A DNA stretch of 64,000 bases from Verrucomicrobiota bacterium (GCA_039818205.1 JBCBUK010000008.1:161377-225376); one strand, 5' to 3'. Counted from the first letter of the stretch, positions 41,590 to 51,834 are shown. Notes: generated by a model not told the origin, from the letters alone. Translations and numbers: made by a program.

Positions 41590-42459
41590 TTACTCGACGT
41601 TTTGCACCTGCTCGCGAATTCGCTCCAGTTCGTTTTTGCACTCGATGACGTGACGCGTAATTTCGAGGTTATTGGCTTTGCTCCCGACAGTGTTGACTTC
41701 ACGGTTGATCTCTTGGCAGAGAAAATCCATTTTGCGACCGATTGGTTCCGTGCTCTCCAAGGTGCGGTGAAACTGTTGAAGGTGACTGCTCAGGCGAGTA
41801 AGCTCCTCCTCGATGTCGCAACGGTCGGAAAAGATCGCGATTTCCTTCAACACGCGCTCATCTTCAAGATCAATTTCGAGTTTCGCTTTTTTGAGGCGCT
41901 CCAGGAGCAGCTCACGGTAGTTTGGAACAGTGCTTGCCGAAAGCTGAGCAATCTCTTTCTGACGCTCTTCCAAAATCTCGAGTCGTTGCCGAAGATCCTT
42001 TGCCAGTGCGGTCCCCTCGTCCGCCCGCATCTCCGACAAAGCGTTTAGAGCCTCGTCGAGAACAGGCTCAAGCTGTTCCCAAATATCCTCCCAATCCTGC
42101 TCATCTTGATTGTCTTGAGCATCCTGGGCAAGGCGTAGCCAAAAGCTACCGTCCGCAGTAAGCGACTGGCCACACGCCTCCGCGATTTCCACCAGAGCAT
42201 CGTAGCGGGCCTTGACGCCCTCGACATCCCAGTCTGCCTTTGCGCTATCGCCGGATTTCACCTGAATCTGCAGGTGAAACTTACCGCGTGCGAATCGACT
42301 GCTCAAGCGTTCAGCAATCACCCGCTCCATTGATTGCCACTCACGTGGCATCGAAGAGGATAGTTCAAGATTTCGTCGATTAACGGAAGAAATCTCCAGC
42401 GAAATGAGACGTCCGCCGAACTGTAGCTGCGCCCGGCCGTATCCAGTCATGGAATTCAT
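41590..42459 (-). CDS. yicC: YicC/YloC family endoribonuclease
   Basis: MNSMTGYGR, DIEEELTRL.SH and GRKMDFLCQEINREVNTVGSK. Confidence 0.93.
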   Translation of the reverse strand: MNSMTGYGRAQLQFGGRLISLEISSVNRRNLELSSSMPREWQSMERVIAERLSSRFARGKFHLQIQVKSGDSAKADWDVEGVKARYDALVEIAEACGQSLTADGSFWLRLAQDAQDNQDEQDWEDIWEQLEPVLDEALNALSEMRADEGTALAKDLRQRLEILEERQKEIAQLSASTVPNYRELLLERLKKAKLEIDLEDERVLKEIAIFSDRCDIEEELTRLSSHLQQFHRTLESTEPIGRKMDFLCQEINREVNTVGSKANNLEITRHVIECKNELERIREQVQNVE

Positions 42460-42549
42460 TAAGGGAAAATTACGCTCCGGAATCCAAAGCGCAAGAGCCG
42501 AACACCTGTTTTACGTTGCACCTTTTGCCGAAAACAATATGCTCACGGC

Positions 42550-42900
42550 ATGTCTCTGAATCCAAATTCGTTGTTAACGGCAGCCGCAATCCTACTCGTT
42601 AGTCTCCTACCGAAGGCCCACGGCTTGTTTAATAACGGCTATTTGGTTACTGCGAGCGGAGCGGAGAAGGCAGTCGAAGGAACCTGGGTTGAAGGAGTTA
42701 CCTTTGACTTCAAAGAGTTCACCAAGGCCCAAAACACCAAGGTTGCGAAATCTCAAGGGTCCAAATCGAATGCGCTCAACCCAACTTATGGGTCCCGGCC
42801 GTCGAGTTTTGGTCATGTTCCGACCTTAGTGCCTGGCTCCACTTTTCAACATGCTGAGCGAGACGAGTTTTCTGAGTATCAAAAAGCCTTTGGAAAGTAA
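42550..42900 (+). CDS. hypothetical exported protein
   Basis: 116-aa ORF with a signal-peptide-like N-terminus filling the intergenic gap. Confidence 0.55.
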   Translation: MSLNPNSLLTAAAILLVSLLPKAHGLFNNGYLVTASGAEKAVEGTWVEGVTFDFKEFTKAQNTKVAKSQGSKSNALNPTYGSRPSSFGHVPTLVPGSTFQHAERDEFSEYQKAFGK

Positions 42901-42994
42901 CCCACGATCGCTGACAATCGATCGAATATTTACGATTAGTTTTCAATATCCGAAGTTGCCTAAACCCCCTTATATCATACGTTAAGCACCGTTT

Positions 42995-43393
42995 ATGATC
43001 GATCCAGAGCTCTCACTTGCCGTCGCCAAAGTGCTCATTGCCGCCGCTTGGGTAGATGGAGTTGTCCAACCCGAAGAAGAAAACTTTCTGAAGGATTTCA
43101 TTTCCCGCATGCCCGGAATTGGTGAGCATACTTGGGAGGAGTTGCAGCCCTTGATCGAGCGCCCCATCTACGAAGCGGAGCGCATTCGCCTCCTTCGCGA
43201 TATGCGGAACCGCATCCACGATCAAAAAGACCGACGCTTTGCTATCCAAGCCATCAATCAACTCTTCATCTCGGACGGTGAGATCGCACCTGAGGAGGAA
43301 GAAGCGGTTAAGCAAATGGTTACGATCGTCAACGGCGACGAGTCGGCTGTCTACCAAGAGATGCTAAAGATGATCCAGCGCCTGGCATCTTGA
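42995..43393 (+). CDS. TerB family protein
   Basis: Duplicated DG-x4-EE motif (AAWVDGVVQPEEE; ISDGEIAPEEE). Confidence 0.82.
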   Translation: MIDPELSLAVAKVLIAAAWVDGVVQPEEENFLKDFISRMPGIGEHTWEELQPLIERPIYEAERIRLLRDMRNRIHDQKDRRFAIQAINQLFISDGEIAPEEEEAVKQMVTIVNGDESAVYQEMLKMIQRLAS

Positions 43394-43456
43394 AACTCAG
43401 CAAGCTGTTTGAACCTTGATGTAGAATCCAGGGCTTGCTAGCAGTGCCAGCTAACG

Positions 43457-45151
43457 ATGGAGAAGTTGGCGATTGGCGAGGAAAACGAAACGAGGCTTAA
43501 GACAAGCGCTCACACTCCTTTGCTCTATCTGCTGATCCCGATCATTGCCGGATTTTCCATTGCTCATGGAGCCCTGCCAGAACCACCGAAGTGGATATTG
43601 CTATTTGCCGCCTTCGCCTGCGTTGGAGTAGCGATTTGGAGCTTCAAGTGGCTCCAATCGGCCCAGCGGCTCATGCTCTGGTCAATTCCGTTTTCGCTCG
43701 GTGTCGTGCTCTTTGCCTGGCTTTACTACGCCTTGCGAATACCGCCACCGCCTGACCTTTCTAAGCAGGCCAATCGGGAAGCGTTCGTCACCTTGGAAGT
43801 CCAGCGACTGTTCGCTTACCAGCCGGAGAGTCGGAATTTTGGAGGCTTGGCAAAACTGGTCACCGCTCCGACCTATCGTCCAGACCTCAAGGGGCAAACT
43901 GTCTTCTTTAACTGCCGAAAGGCAGACGATTGGAAATCCGTTGGAAAGAAGAGCCAGTTCAAGATCCGCGGTAAACTTGAACCGACACCCTTGGGCACAG
44001 AGGGCTTTGATGCCTACCTCGTCCAGCAGGGAGCCTATCTAAAAATCACGCAGGGCGACCTACTATCAGTCACCCAAGAGACACCTCGCTTCTATCGATG
44101 GTTCAAAGGCATCAATCTTCAATGGCAGGAGACTTTACAACATGGAGCATCGACACCCGAGACTCAGAATCTCGCTGGGATTGCAACGGCCATGTTGCTC
44201 GGAGAAAAGGCCGCACTGGAACCAAAGACCAAGGAGCGCTTCATTCTTTCAGGAACTATGCATTTGTTTGCGGTCAGCGGGCTTCACGTTGGAATTGTCG
44301 CCGGCTTCTTGTTTATCGTGATCTCGGCATTGCAGATTCCTGCACCGGCGAGGCCTTGGATCGGTTTGGTGCTGTTACTTGCCTATGTCTACATAACCGG
44401 CGCCGCTCCGTCGGCAGTTCGCGCATGGTGGATGGCCGCCTTTTTCTGGTCAGCAAATGCCTTTTTACGGAAACCGGCGCCCTTCTCCGCATTATGCGCA
44501 TCCGCTATTGTAGTTTTGCTCATCGACCCGAGACAGCTCTTCGCGGCCGGATTTCAGTTATCCTACACCGTCGTGGCCGGGTTGCTACTATTCGGAATCC
44601 CGCTACAAGATTGGCTGAAACACCGGATCGATCCTTGGAAATGGATTCCGGAGAATAGCCTTGGATGGCCTCAAAAAGTTCTCCGGAGCTCGTTGCACTT
44701 TAGTCTCGGTATGTTTGCGATATCCTTCACCGCATCGATGTTTAGTATGCCCCTAACCATCCGCTACTTTCGGATTCTCGCGCCCGGCGCATTCCTGCTA
44801 AACATTCCTCTTGTGCTCATCGCGCCCCTCGCAATGACCGCCTCACTCTTTGGCGTGATCGCCGGGAGCTTGGGATTCACTGGGCTCGCCGTGTTCGCAA
44901 ACCGAGCCAGCTGGGTCTTCATTCGCTGCATGGATTGGCTCGTCGAAGTATTTACCCGGGTTCCCCAGAGCTCGCTATCCGTTTCCTGGCGCTGGGACGG
45001 GTTTGGCTATTTGCTGGCCACGGCAATGCTGGCTGCGGGGATCATGCTGGGTGATAAACGAGTAAGGCCCCTGCTTCGGTTTGGAGGTCCGATCGCTATA
45101 CTATTGATGAGTCTATTATTAATCACCCAGATTTCAACGAATGCCCAATGA
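43457..45151 (+). CDS. comEC: ComEC/Rec2 competence membrane protein (no C-terminal MBL domain)
   Basis: AMLLGEK, GTMHLFAVSGLHVG, GAAPSAVRA and GFQLSY motifs. Confidence 0.9.
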   Translation: MEKLAIGEENETRLKTSAHTPLLYLLIPIIAGFSIAHGALPEPPKWILLFAAFACVGVAIWSFKWLQSAQRLMLWSIPFSLGVVLFAWLYYALRIPPPPDLSKQANREAFVTLEVQRLFAYQPESRNFGGLAKLVTAPTYRPDLKGQTVFFNCRKADDWKSVGKKSQFKIRGKLEPTPLGTEGFDAYLVQQGAYLKITQGDLLSVTQETPRFYRWFKGINLQWQETLQHGASTPETQNLAGIATAMLLGEKAALEPKTKERFILSGTMHLFAVSGLHVGIVAGFLFIVISALQIPAPARPWIGLVLLLAYVYITGAAPSAVRAWWMAAFFWSANAFLRKPAPFSALCASAIVVLLIDPRQLFAAGFQLSYTVVAGLLLFGIPLQDWLKHRIDPWKWIPENSLGWPQKVLRSSLHFSLGMFAISFTASMFSMPLTIRYFRILAPGAFLLNIPLVLIAPLAMTASLFGVIAGSLGFTGLAVFANRASWVFIRCMDWLVEVFTRVPQSSLSVSWRWDGFGYLLATAMLAAGIMLGDKRVRPLLRFGGPIAILLMSLLLITQISTNAQ

Positions 45152-45221
45152 GCAAATTTACGCTGGAGATTCAATGCAGCGGGAACTTGAAATCTCTCGC
45201 GAAAACGATCAAGTTGCTCCA

Positions 45222-45491
45222 ATGAAAAGTGCATATGAACTAGCCATGGAGCGTCTTGAGGAAAGCGCCCCTTCGGAGGCGCCCTTAACCGACGAGAAGA
45301 AAGCCGAACTTGCCGAGACTGATCGGGTCTATGACGCAAAGATTGCCGAGCGAGAAGTTTTCTTAAAAGGCGCCTTGGCCAAAGAAACTGATTTCGCTGA
45401 ACGAGACAAAATTGAGAAGCAGATTCGCAACGAGCGCGATCAGCTCAATAGCGAGCGCGAATCCAAAAAGGAAAAGATCCGCCAAGCTTAA
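45222..45491 (+). CDS. conserved hypothetical helical protein
   Basis: MKSAYELAMERL N-terminus and charged coiled-coil. Start placed at ATG 45222. Confidence 0.75.
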   Translation: MKSAYELAMERLEESAPSEAPLTDEKKAELAETDRVYDAKIAEREVFLKGALAKETDFAERDKIEKQIRNERDQLNSERESKKEKIRQA

Positions 45492-45526
45492 ACCTAAGCT
45501 GATATCTCAACAGCTCAGGAAACATC

Positions 45527-47074
45527 ATGCAGAATTTTCTTCGCCGGCTGCCAAGCCTGAGCTACCGGACATCGTTTCTATGGAAGATATCCCTCTTCAT
45601 CGTGGGAGTCGGGATTGTCGTTGGGCAGCTGTTTCATTGGATTGGCATAGCGGGCAACTTGGCCGATGCCTACGGGACCACCATTGAATGGCAGAGCGAT
45701 ACAGCTACAGGTGATTTTTCTGAAGACCCGTTTACGACCTACCTGGATGAGATCGCCGCGGAATCAAGCGGAATCAAATTCGATAGTTCGTGGGACGCGA
45801 GAATCAACGATAGTCGCTTTTCCGAGGAGGAGAAGACTATCGCTCGATTGCTGGTTGTGAGCCTCCAGCAAGGATCGACGCCCAGCGCGGAACTCGAACG
45901 GATCGCCGAGAGTTCCGCCCCACCAAAATTTAGTAACTATGCACTGGGACTTTACTGGTTAACCCGTGGCCTCGGGTACGACGCAGCAGCCGCTTTTGAA
46001 CGCGAGTCAAAGCTTCACGATTCTCAAGCCGCTATTGACCGGACAATTGGCATCTACTCCCTGAAACAGGACTTCGATGAACTTGTTCGGCTGATGGATC
46101 AACCGGGCTTTGAGGAGCTTGCGAACAACTCGTACCTGCACATGCGGAAAGCGCTTTTACAAAGCGATTGGCTCGGCCTGGTCTATTGGATTTTAGTCAA
46201 TCAGTATGCGACTGCTCATTGGCCAATGGTATTAATTGCAATGATTACGGGCATTGCATGGTTTGCTTTCCTAATTCATGCCGTTGATCTTTGGAAAGCA
46301 CGGAATCAATTGTTGATCTGTGCCCTAGCAGTCTTACTTGGAGCAATGAGCACGACTGGAACGCTATTCGCCGTTGTGATCCAAGAGGACTTGTGGGGAT
46401 TCACTGAAAAGCCCGACTTGATCGGCGGCCTGATCTATTGTGTTGCCGGAATCGGGTTACGCGAAGAGCTGATCAAGTTGTTATTTTTCATCCCGCTGCT
46501 GCCGTTTCTTTTGAAGCAGAAAAACCATGTGTTTGCCCTAATCGTCGCTGGATGTGTCGGTCTGGGATTTGCAGCGGAAGAAAACATCAGCTACTTTGGA
46601 AGTAGCGCGGCATTGGCGGGACCTGGGCGCTTTTTAACCGCAAACTTCCTCCACATATCCGCAACGGCTCTTTGTGGATACTCGCTTTACCGAGCGATTT
46701 CGACTCGATGGAAGGAACTCGACTACTTTCTAAGCACTTTCCTGATGGTTGTGCTGGCCCATGGTCTTTACGATGCGTTCATTATCGTCCCAGCGCTGAT
46801 GGAGTATTCGATCATTAGCATGATCATCTACATCCTCCTATGCTACCAAATGTTCAACGTCTTCGAGTCGATTCGACCGCACACTCACAAGAAAATTAGT
46901 TTAAGCTTCGTTTTCTCTGTCGCCTTGTCAGTCGTTCTGGCAACCAGCCTCGGATGGGCAATGTCCATTTTCGGCATGGAGGGCTTTCGGAGCATCGGCG
47001 CCGATTTGGCCGGGCTTGGAATCATTGTAATAATGTTCTTCCGCGTAATAAACGAGCCCTTGATCGAGAACTAA
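45527..47074 (+). CDS. PrsW family glutamic-type intramembrane protease with N-terminal extracytoplasmic domain
   Basis: GLREELIK, GLGFAAEEN, NFLH and HGLYD motifs. Confidence 0.87.
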   Translation: MQNFLRRLPSLSYRTSFLWKISLFIVGVGIVVGQLFHWIGIAGNLADAYGTTIEWQSDTATGDFSEDPFTTYLDEIAAESSGIKFDSSWDARINDSRFSEEEKTIARLLVVSLQQGSTPSAELERIAESSAPPKFSNYALGLYWLTRGLGYDAAAAFERESKLHDSQAAIDRTIGIYSLKQDFDELVRLMDQPGFEELANNSYLHMRKALLQSDWLGLVYWILVNQYATAHWPMVLIAMITGIAWFAFLIHAVDLWKARNQLLICALAVLLGAMSTTGTLFAVVIQEDLWGFTEKPDLIGGLIYCVAGIGLREELIKLLFFIPLLPFLLKQKNHVFALIVAGCVGLGFAAEENISYFGSSAALAGPGRFLTANFLHISATALCGYSLYRAISTRWKELDYFLSTFLMVVLAHGLYDAFIIVPALMEYSIISMIIYILLCYQMFNVFESIRPHTHKKISLSFVFSVALSVVLATSLGWAMSIFGMEGFRSIGADLAGLGIIVIMFFRVINEPLIEN

Positions 47075-47091
47075 GGCTGTTCTCAGATTTG

Positions 47092-47640
47092 CTATGCAAA
47101 GTGACTTTCGACCCGAGATACAATCTCCTCAACCGGTGCTAGCTTGCCCGCCCCCTCATAACCACAAGCGAGCATTCCATTTTCTTGCGGTTCAATAATC
47201 TCGACACCACGAAGCTTCAAGATTTCCAGGTTAGCTTGCACAGCGGGGTGATTAAGCATTTTGCCATTCATTGCTGGCGCAATCATCACCGGTGCTGGTG
47301 TCGCCAGGTAAATACTCGTTAACATATCGGGAGCAAGGCCTTGAGCAAAGCAACCAACGATGTTCGCCGTGGCCGGAGCCACCAATACCAGGTCCGCTTT
47401 GTCGGCCAGCTCAATATGCCCGGGTTGCCACCCATCGCCCTCTTTCCAAAGGTCGACGCTAACCGGATTTCGAGTCAATGTCTGCAAGGCAATTGGACCA
47501 ATTATTTGAGCAGCTTCCTTTGTCATTACCGCAAATACCTTTGCTTCCTTCTTGGTAAGCTGAGACGCGATATCCGCCGCCTTGTAGGCAGCAATCGAAC
47601 CCGTGACTCCTAAAACGATGGTCTTTTCCTTTACCGACAT
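47092..47640 (-). CDS. coaC: phosphopantothenoylcysteine decarboxylase (stand-alone HFCD flavoprotein)
   Basis: LGVTGSIAAYKA, HIELA, APATAN, APAMN and LACGYEGAGKL. No CoaB domain. Confidence 0.88.
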   Translation of the reverse strand: MSVKEKTIVLGVTGSIAAYKAADIASQLTKKEAKVFAVMTKEAAQIIGPIALQTLTRNPVSVDLWKEGDGWQPGHIELADKADLVLVAPATANIVGCFAQGLAPDMLTSIYLATPAPVMIAPAMNGKMLNHPAVQANLEILKLRGVEIIEPQENGMLACGYEGAGKLAPVEEIVSRVESHFA

Positions 47641-47850
47641 AGTTTAAAAACTATTCCCCTTACCCTGGAAAGACACGCTAAAAATTGGGCCCATTTAATT
47701 TGATTAAAAATGTAACCAAGAAGTTTATTGAACATGTTGTCGCAGATTGCTAAAAGAATGGTAATAAAGCAGATGAATCATTGCCCCTTACCTGAAATGC
47801 TCCATCTCCTTTAACTCTTCTATCGCCTTAAAACGCTATTCTACGAAACC

Positions 47851-49410
47851 GTGACTCTACACCTCTCCAGTGGACTCTATCGGCTATCGCCTAACAAACT
47901 GGGTGTCGTTGCTGGCACCCTTGCCTTTATATCAATCACTCTCTCAATCGGCCTCTTTTACCTGCTTGCGCTCAACTCGTACAAAGCAAATCTAAGAAGC
48001 CATGTTCGAGATCTAGCCTCATTGGCAGCCTCTCAGGTAGATCTCTCGAGCCACAATCAGCTCAGCGACCCCTCGCAACTGAAAAGCGAGCACTATCGAA
48101 ACGCTCTTGAACCCCTTGTCAGGATACATCTCAGCATTCCTGAGATCCACTACCTTTATACGATGGTTTACGAAGGCGAACGGGAGTTTTTCATCTTGGA
48201 TACTGCACAGGATTCCCGAATCGGAAACCAGCCCGATACAATCCCCTCCGCGATCATGGAGGAGTATATTGCGGAAGATCCCTTTCAGTCAGAAGCGCGG
48301 GCTTCCATGGAAGCAGGAAAGGCGTTCGTTTACCCGAAACCGCTGACCGACGCGTTCGGTAAATATGTCTCGGCCATGGCGCCGCTTGTCGACAACGACG
48401 CCCAGTTGATCGGCTACCTCGGAGTCGATTACCGAATTAGCGAATACGACAAGAGCATCGCTCGCATCAATTGGGTTGCGGCAACATCACTATTCGTAGG
48501 GCTGATCTGCGCATTCTTTCTTGGCCTTATCTCGCGGAATCTCCGAAAACATAGCATGGGGCAGTACGCCGAACGCCTCCGAGCCGAGGAACTCATGCGC
48601 CAAGAAAAGGAAAACGCTGAGAAGGCGCTCCACACAAAGCGGGAGCTCCTGCGTATCGCCGCACACGATCTTAAGAATCCGCTCGCGGCGATTGTAAGTG
48701 TCGCCGATATGACGAGTTACTTTCTCAAGAACGTTCCGAGCAACTATATCCCCGATACCACAAGAGCTCTCTTTTTCAAGATACCACGCTACGCCGACAA
48801 CATGCTGCAGATTATCGACAACGTAATCAAAGCCGAGACCGTCGAACGCATGGGAAGCCAATGCGAAGATAAACCCTTCAACATGACCGATGCCGCCTTG
48901 GAAGTCGTCGACTTCAACCAGTTTGCGGCCAAGAAAAAGAAAACAACCATCCAGTTCGACTACGAGCGAAACTACATGATGATGGGAGACCGCAGCCGAA
49001 TCATGGAGGCCATCGACAACTTGATCAGCAATGCCGTTAAGTACTCACCACCAGCAGCCTGTATTCACGTCGCCCTAGGCAGCGACTTGGCTCAAACGGA
49101 GGTTCGCCTGGCGGTTACCGACGAAGGCCCTGGTCTAAGCGATTCCGATAAGGAAAAACTCTTTCAGAAATTTCAGAAACTAACTGCCAAGCCAACCGGA
49201 GGTGAAAGCTCGTCCGGCCTAGGCTTATCCATTGTTAAGCAGATCATTGATGATCATGGCGGAACGGTTCGATGCGAAAGCAAATTGGGCTATGGTGCGA
49301 CCTTCACCATTGAGTTGCCAATCGTCAGCTCAAAGCCGCTTAAGAAGAACGCTGAGAGCTCAATCATACCCAACCAGGATGACAGCGAAGAACTGGCGAC
49401 GATGGGATAG
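47851..49410 (+). CDS. sensor histidine kinase
   Basis: Two TMs around a Cache-like sensor, H-box AHDLKNPL, N-box NLISNAVKY, DEGPG and GLGLSI. Confidence 0.93.
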   Translation: MTLHLSSGLYRLSPNKLGVVAGTLAFISITLSIGLFYLLALNSYKANLRSHVRDLASLAASQVDLSSHNQLSDPSQLKSEHYRNALEPLVRIHLSIPEIHYLYTMVYEGEREFFILDTAQDSRIGNQPDTIPSAIMEEYIAEDPFQSEARASMEAGKAFVYPKPLTDAFGKYVSAMAPLVDNDAQLIGYLGVDYRISEYDKSIARINWVAATSLFVGLICAFFLGLISRNLRKHSMGQYAERLRAEELMRQEKENAEKALHTKRELLRIAAHDLKNPLAAIVSVADMTSYFLKNVPSNYIPDTTRALFFKIPRYADNMLQIIDNVIKAETVERMGSQCEDKPFNMTDAALEVVDFNQFAAKKKKTTIQFDYERNYMMMGDRSRIMEAIDNLISNAVKYSPPAACIHVALGSDLAQTEVRLAVTDEGPGLSDSDKEKLFQKFQKLTAKPTGGESSSGLGLSIVKQIIDDHGGTVRCESKLGYGATFTIELPIVSSKPLKKNAESSIIPNQDDSEELATMG

Positions 49411-49468
49411 GCAAAATCTCTGCAAGAAATGAACTGACATTCGCTGCCGTAGCTGGAACGCTTTTAGC

Positions 49469-51094
49469 ATGTCAGTTCGATTATATGTGCTTTGGTCGGC
49501 TCTAGCCATCGTATTGGTTGGCTGTGGCCCGCAAGAGACACCAGTTGAACGGGCAAATCGTGATGGCATTCTACTCCGTGCCAATGGTGCGGAACCCGCA
49601 GCACTTGACCCCCATCTTGTTACCGGCATTACCGAGCACAACATACTCACCGCCCTCTTGGAAGGACTGGTGCGCCCGGAACCAAAGACCCTCGCGCCGC
49701 AACCCGCCGTAGCCGAGCGTTGGGAAATCAGCGAAGATGGACGAGTCTACACCTTTCACCTACGCGACGATGCCCGATGGTCAAACGGAGACCCAGTGAA
49801 GGCATCAGACTTTGTCTTCTCCTACCAACGCATGCTCTCGGCCAACTTGGCCGCAGACTATGCCTCCCTACTCTATCCCATGGAGAACGCGGAAGCCTTC
49901 CATCGCGGCGATATCAAAGACTTTGCGCAAGTAGGTGCCAAAGCAATCGACGATCGCACTCTGGAGATTACGCTGACGGAACCCACGCCCTATTTTCTTT
50001 CGTTGTTAACGCATTATACCTGGTATCCAGTCCACCCCGAAACAATCCTAAAGCACGGGGCCATCGATCAGCGAATATCCCGTTGGACTCGCCCGGGCAA
50101 CTATGTCGGAAATGGCCCCTTCACCCTAGAAACCTGGAATGTCCACGAACTCATTGATGTGGAGAAAAACCCTCTTTATTGGGGCGCCGAAAACGTCGCA
50201 CTCAATGGAATCCGTTTTTTGCCCATCGATAACATAAATACTGAGGAACGCGCTTTCCGCGCCGGTCAGGTTCACATTACGAACTCGATTCCATTGCCAA
50301 AAATTGAAACCTATCGCGAAGAATCATCTGACTCGTTCCTATTGTCTCCGTATCTTGGCACCTACTATTTCGCAGTCAACGTGGAGAAACCGCCGCTCGA
50401 TGACCCGAAAGTAAGGCAGGCACTATCATTGGCCATCAATCGCCAATCACTGACAGAGAATGTGCTTAAGGCCGGCCAGATTCCCGCCTACTACTTTACA
50501 CCACCGGATACCGCTGGCTACACCGCAAAAGCCACGATCACCAGCGGTGACTATGAAACCGATCTTCAGAAAGCGAAACAGCTACTCGCAGAAGCAGGAT
50601 ATCCAAACGGCGAGGGAATCCCCAAAATCGACCTTCTCTACAACACCTCGGAGAGCCACAAGACCGTTGCCGAGGCAATTCAACGAATGTGGATTGCGGG
50701 CCTCGGGGTTGAAGTATCCCTCGTGAATGAGGATTGGAAGGTCTACCTCCAAAGCCGCCGAGAAGGATCATTTGATATCGCACGCGCTGGCTGGATCGGC
50801 GACTACGTAGATCCAAGCACCTTTCTTGACCTGATGTCCAGCTGGTCCGGGAACAATCATTCGCGTTGGTCCAACGAAGACTACGACGCATTGATCAGGC
50901 GAGCGGCAGCTGCAAAGGATCACGATGAGCGCATGCAAATCTTCCAGGAAGCAGAAACTATATTATTAGAGGAACTTCCCGTGATTCCTATTTACTTCTA
51001 TGTAAGTGCCTACCTGGTCAACCCATCCGTCAAGGGTTGGTATCCGAACATCCTCGACCAACATCCCTACCAAGATATTAAATTATCCCAATAA
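49469..51094 (+). CDS. peptide ABC transporter substrate-binding lipoprotein (OppA-like)
   Basis: Lipobox LVGC, EPAALDP, YTFHLR..ARWSNGDPV, GNGPF and RAGWIGDY.DP.TFL. Confidence 0.93.
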   Translation: MSVRLYVLWSALAIVLVGCGPQETPVERANRDGILLRANGAEPAALDPHLVTGITEHNILTALLEGLVRPEPKTLAPQPAVAERWEISEDGRVYTFHLRDDARWSNGDPVKASDFVFSYQRMLSANLAADYASLLYPMENAEAFHRGDIKDFAQVGAKAIDDRTLEITLTEPTPYFLSLLTHYTWYPVHPETILKHGAIDQRISRWTRPGNYVGNGPFTLETWNVHELIDVEKNPLYWGAENVALNGIRFLPIDNINTEERAFRAGQVHITNSIPLPKIETYREESSDSFLLSPYLGTYYFAVNVEKPPLDDPKVRQALSLAINRQSLTENVLKAGQIPAYYFTPPDTAGYTAKATITSGDYETDLQKAKQLLAEAGYPNGEGIPKIDLLYNTSESHKTVAEAIQRMWIAGLGVEVSLVNEDWKVYLQSRREGSFDIARAGWIGDYVDPSTFLDLMSSWSGNNHSRWSNEDYDALIRRAAAAKDHDERMQIFQEAETILLEELPVIPIYFYVSAYLVNPSVKGWYPNILDQHPYQDIKLSQ

Positions 51095-51156
51095 AGGGAT
51101 ATATATCCGGACCTCGTAACCTGATCTACCTCTTACTCTCATCCTGATTCTTTTTA

Positions 51157-51819
51157 ATGAAGACACCTGCGATTTTGCTTTCTGTTGCCTTCGTCCTTGG
51201 CCTTGTTGGTTGGGGCATTTGGTTCGTCGGATTCAGCGGTAGCGAGTCTGGCCAAGGGGGTGAAGAAGCCGCCGTCGTGGATCATAGCGCATCACCCCTG
51301 TCCTCGGCCTCGGCTCAACCCACGCTCCAAGAGGAGGAGGAATTATCAAAGAGTGCGCAAGAAGCAGCAAGACTTGCGGAAATGGCGGCTTCACAAATAC
51401 GCGAAGCACGGGAAGCTCGAGTAGCCGCCTTAAACGAACGACTCGCGAAGGAGGCTGCGGCCCGTGAAGCGGCGGAAAAAGCTGCCCAACAAATGAAAGA
51501 GAAAATGGCCTTACTGGAAGCTCAGCAACAGAAGCTAAAAGAAGAGGAAGAGGCGCTCGCTGAGCGGGCCAAACAGGTGGGAGAACAATCCGAAATTGCC
51601 AAGCAGGTAATTGCCGATCTCGAGCGCCGTCAAGCCGAGCTCGAAACAAACAACGCTGAAATGGAAATCCTGGCCCAGAAGACTGAGGCGCTGGAGATTA
51701 AGGCCACTGCCATCGTTCAGCGGCAGATTCAGATCGAAGAAGAAATTCAAGCCGAAGGCGGCGAGATTACCCTACCCAACTATCGTGTTTGGTCCCCCAA
51801 CTATCGACCCCGTCGGTAG
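51157..51819 (+). CDS. membrane-anchored coiled-coil hypothetical protein
   Basis: One N-terminal TM followed by a long A/E/K/Q-rich heptad region. Confidence 0.75.
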   Translation: MKTPAILLSVAFVLGLVGWGIWFVGFSGSESGQGGEEAAVVDHSASPLSSASAQPTLQEEEELSKSAQEAARLAEMAASQIREAREARVAALNERLAKEAAAREAAEKAAQQMKEKMALLEAQQQKLKEEEEALAERAKQVGEQSEIAKQVIADLERRQAELETNNAEMEILAQKTEALEIKATAIVQRQIQIEEEIQAEGGEITLPNYRVWSPNYRPRR

Positions 51820-51834
51820 AAAACTCCATTTACC

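Noticed and set aside
42995..43393. TerB gene as a sign of a tellurite-resistance or defence island
   Set aside because: Single gene with no other ter or defence genes nearby.
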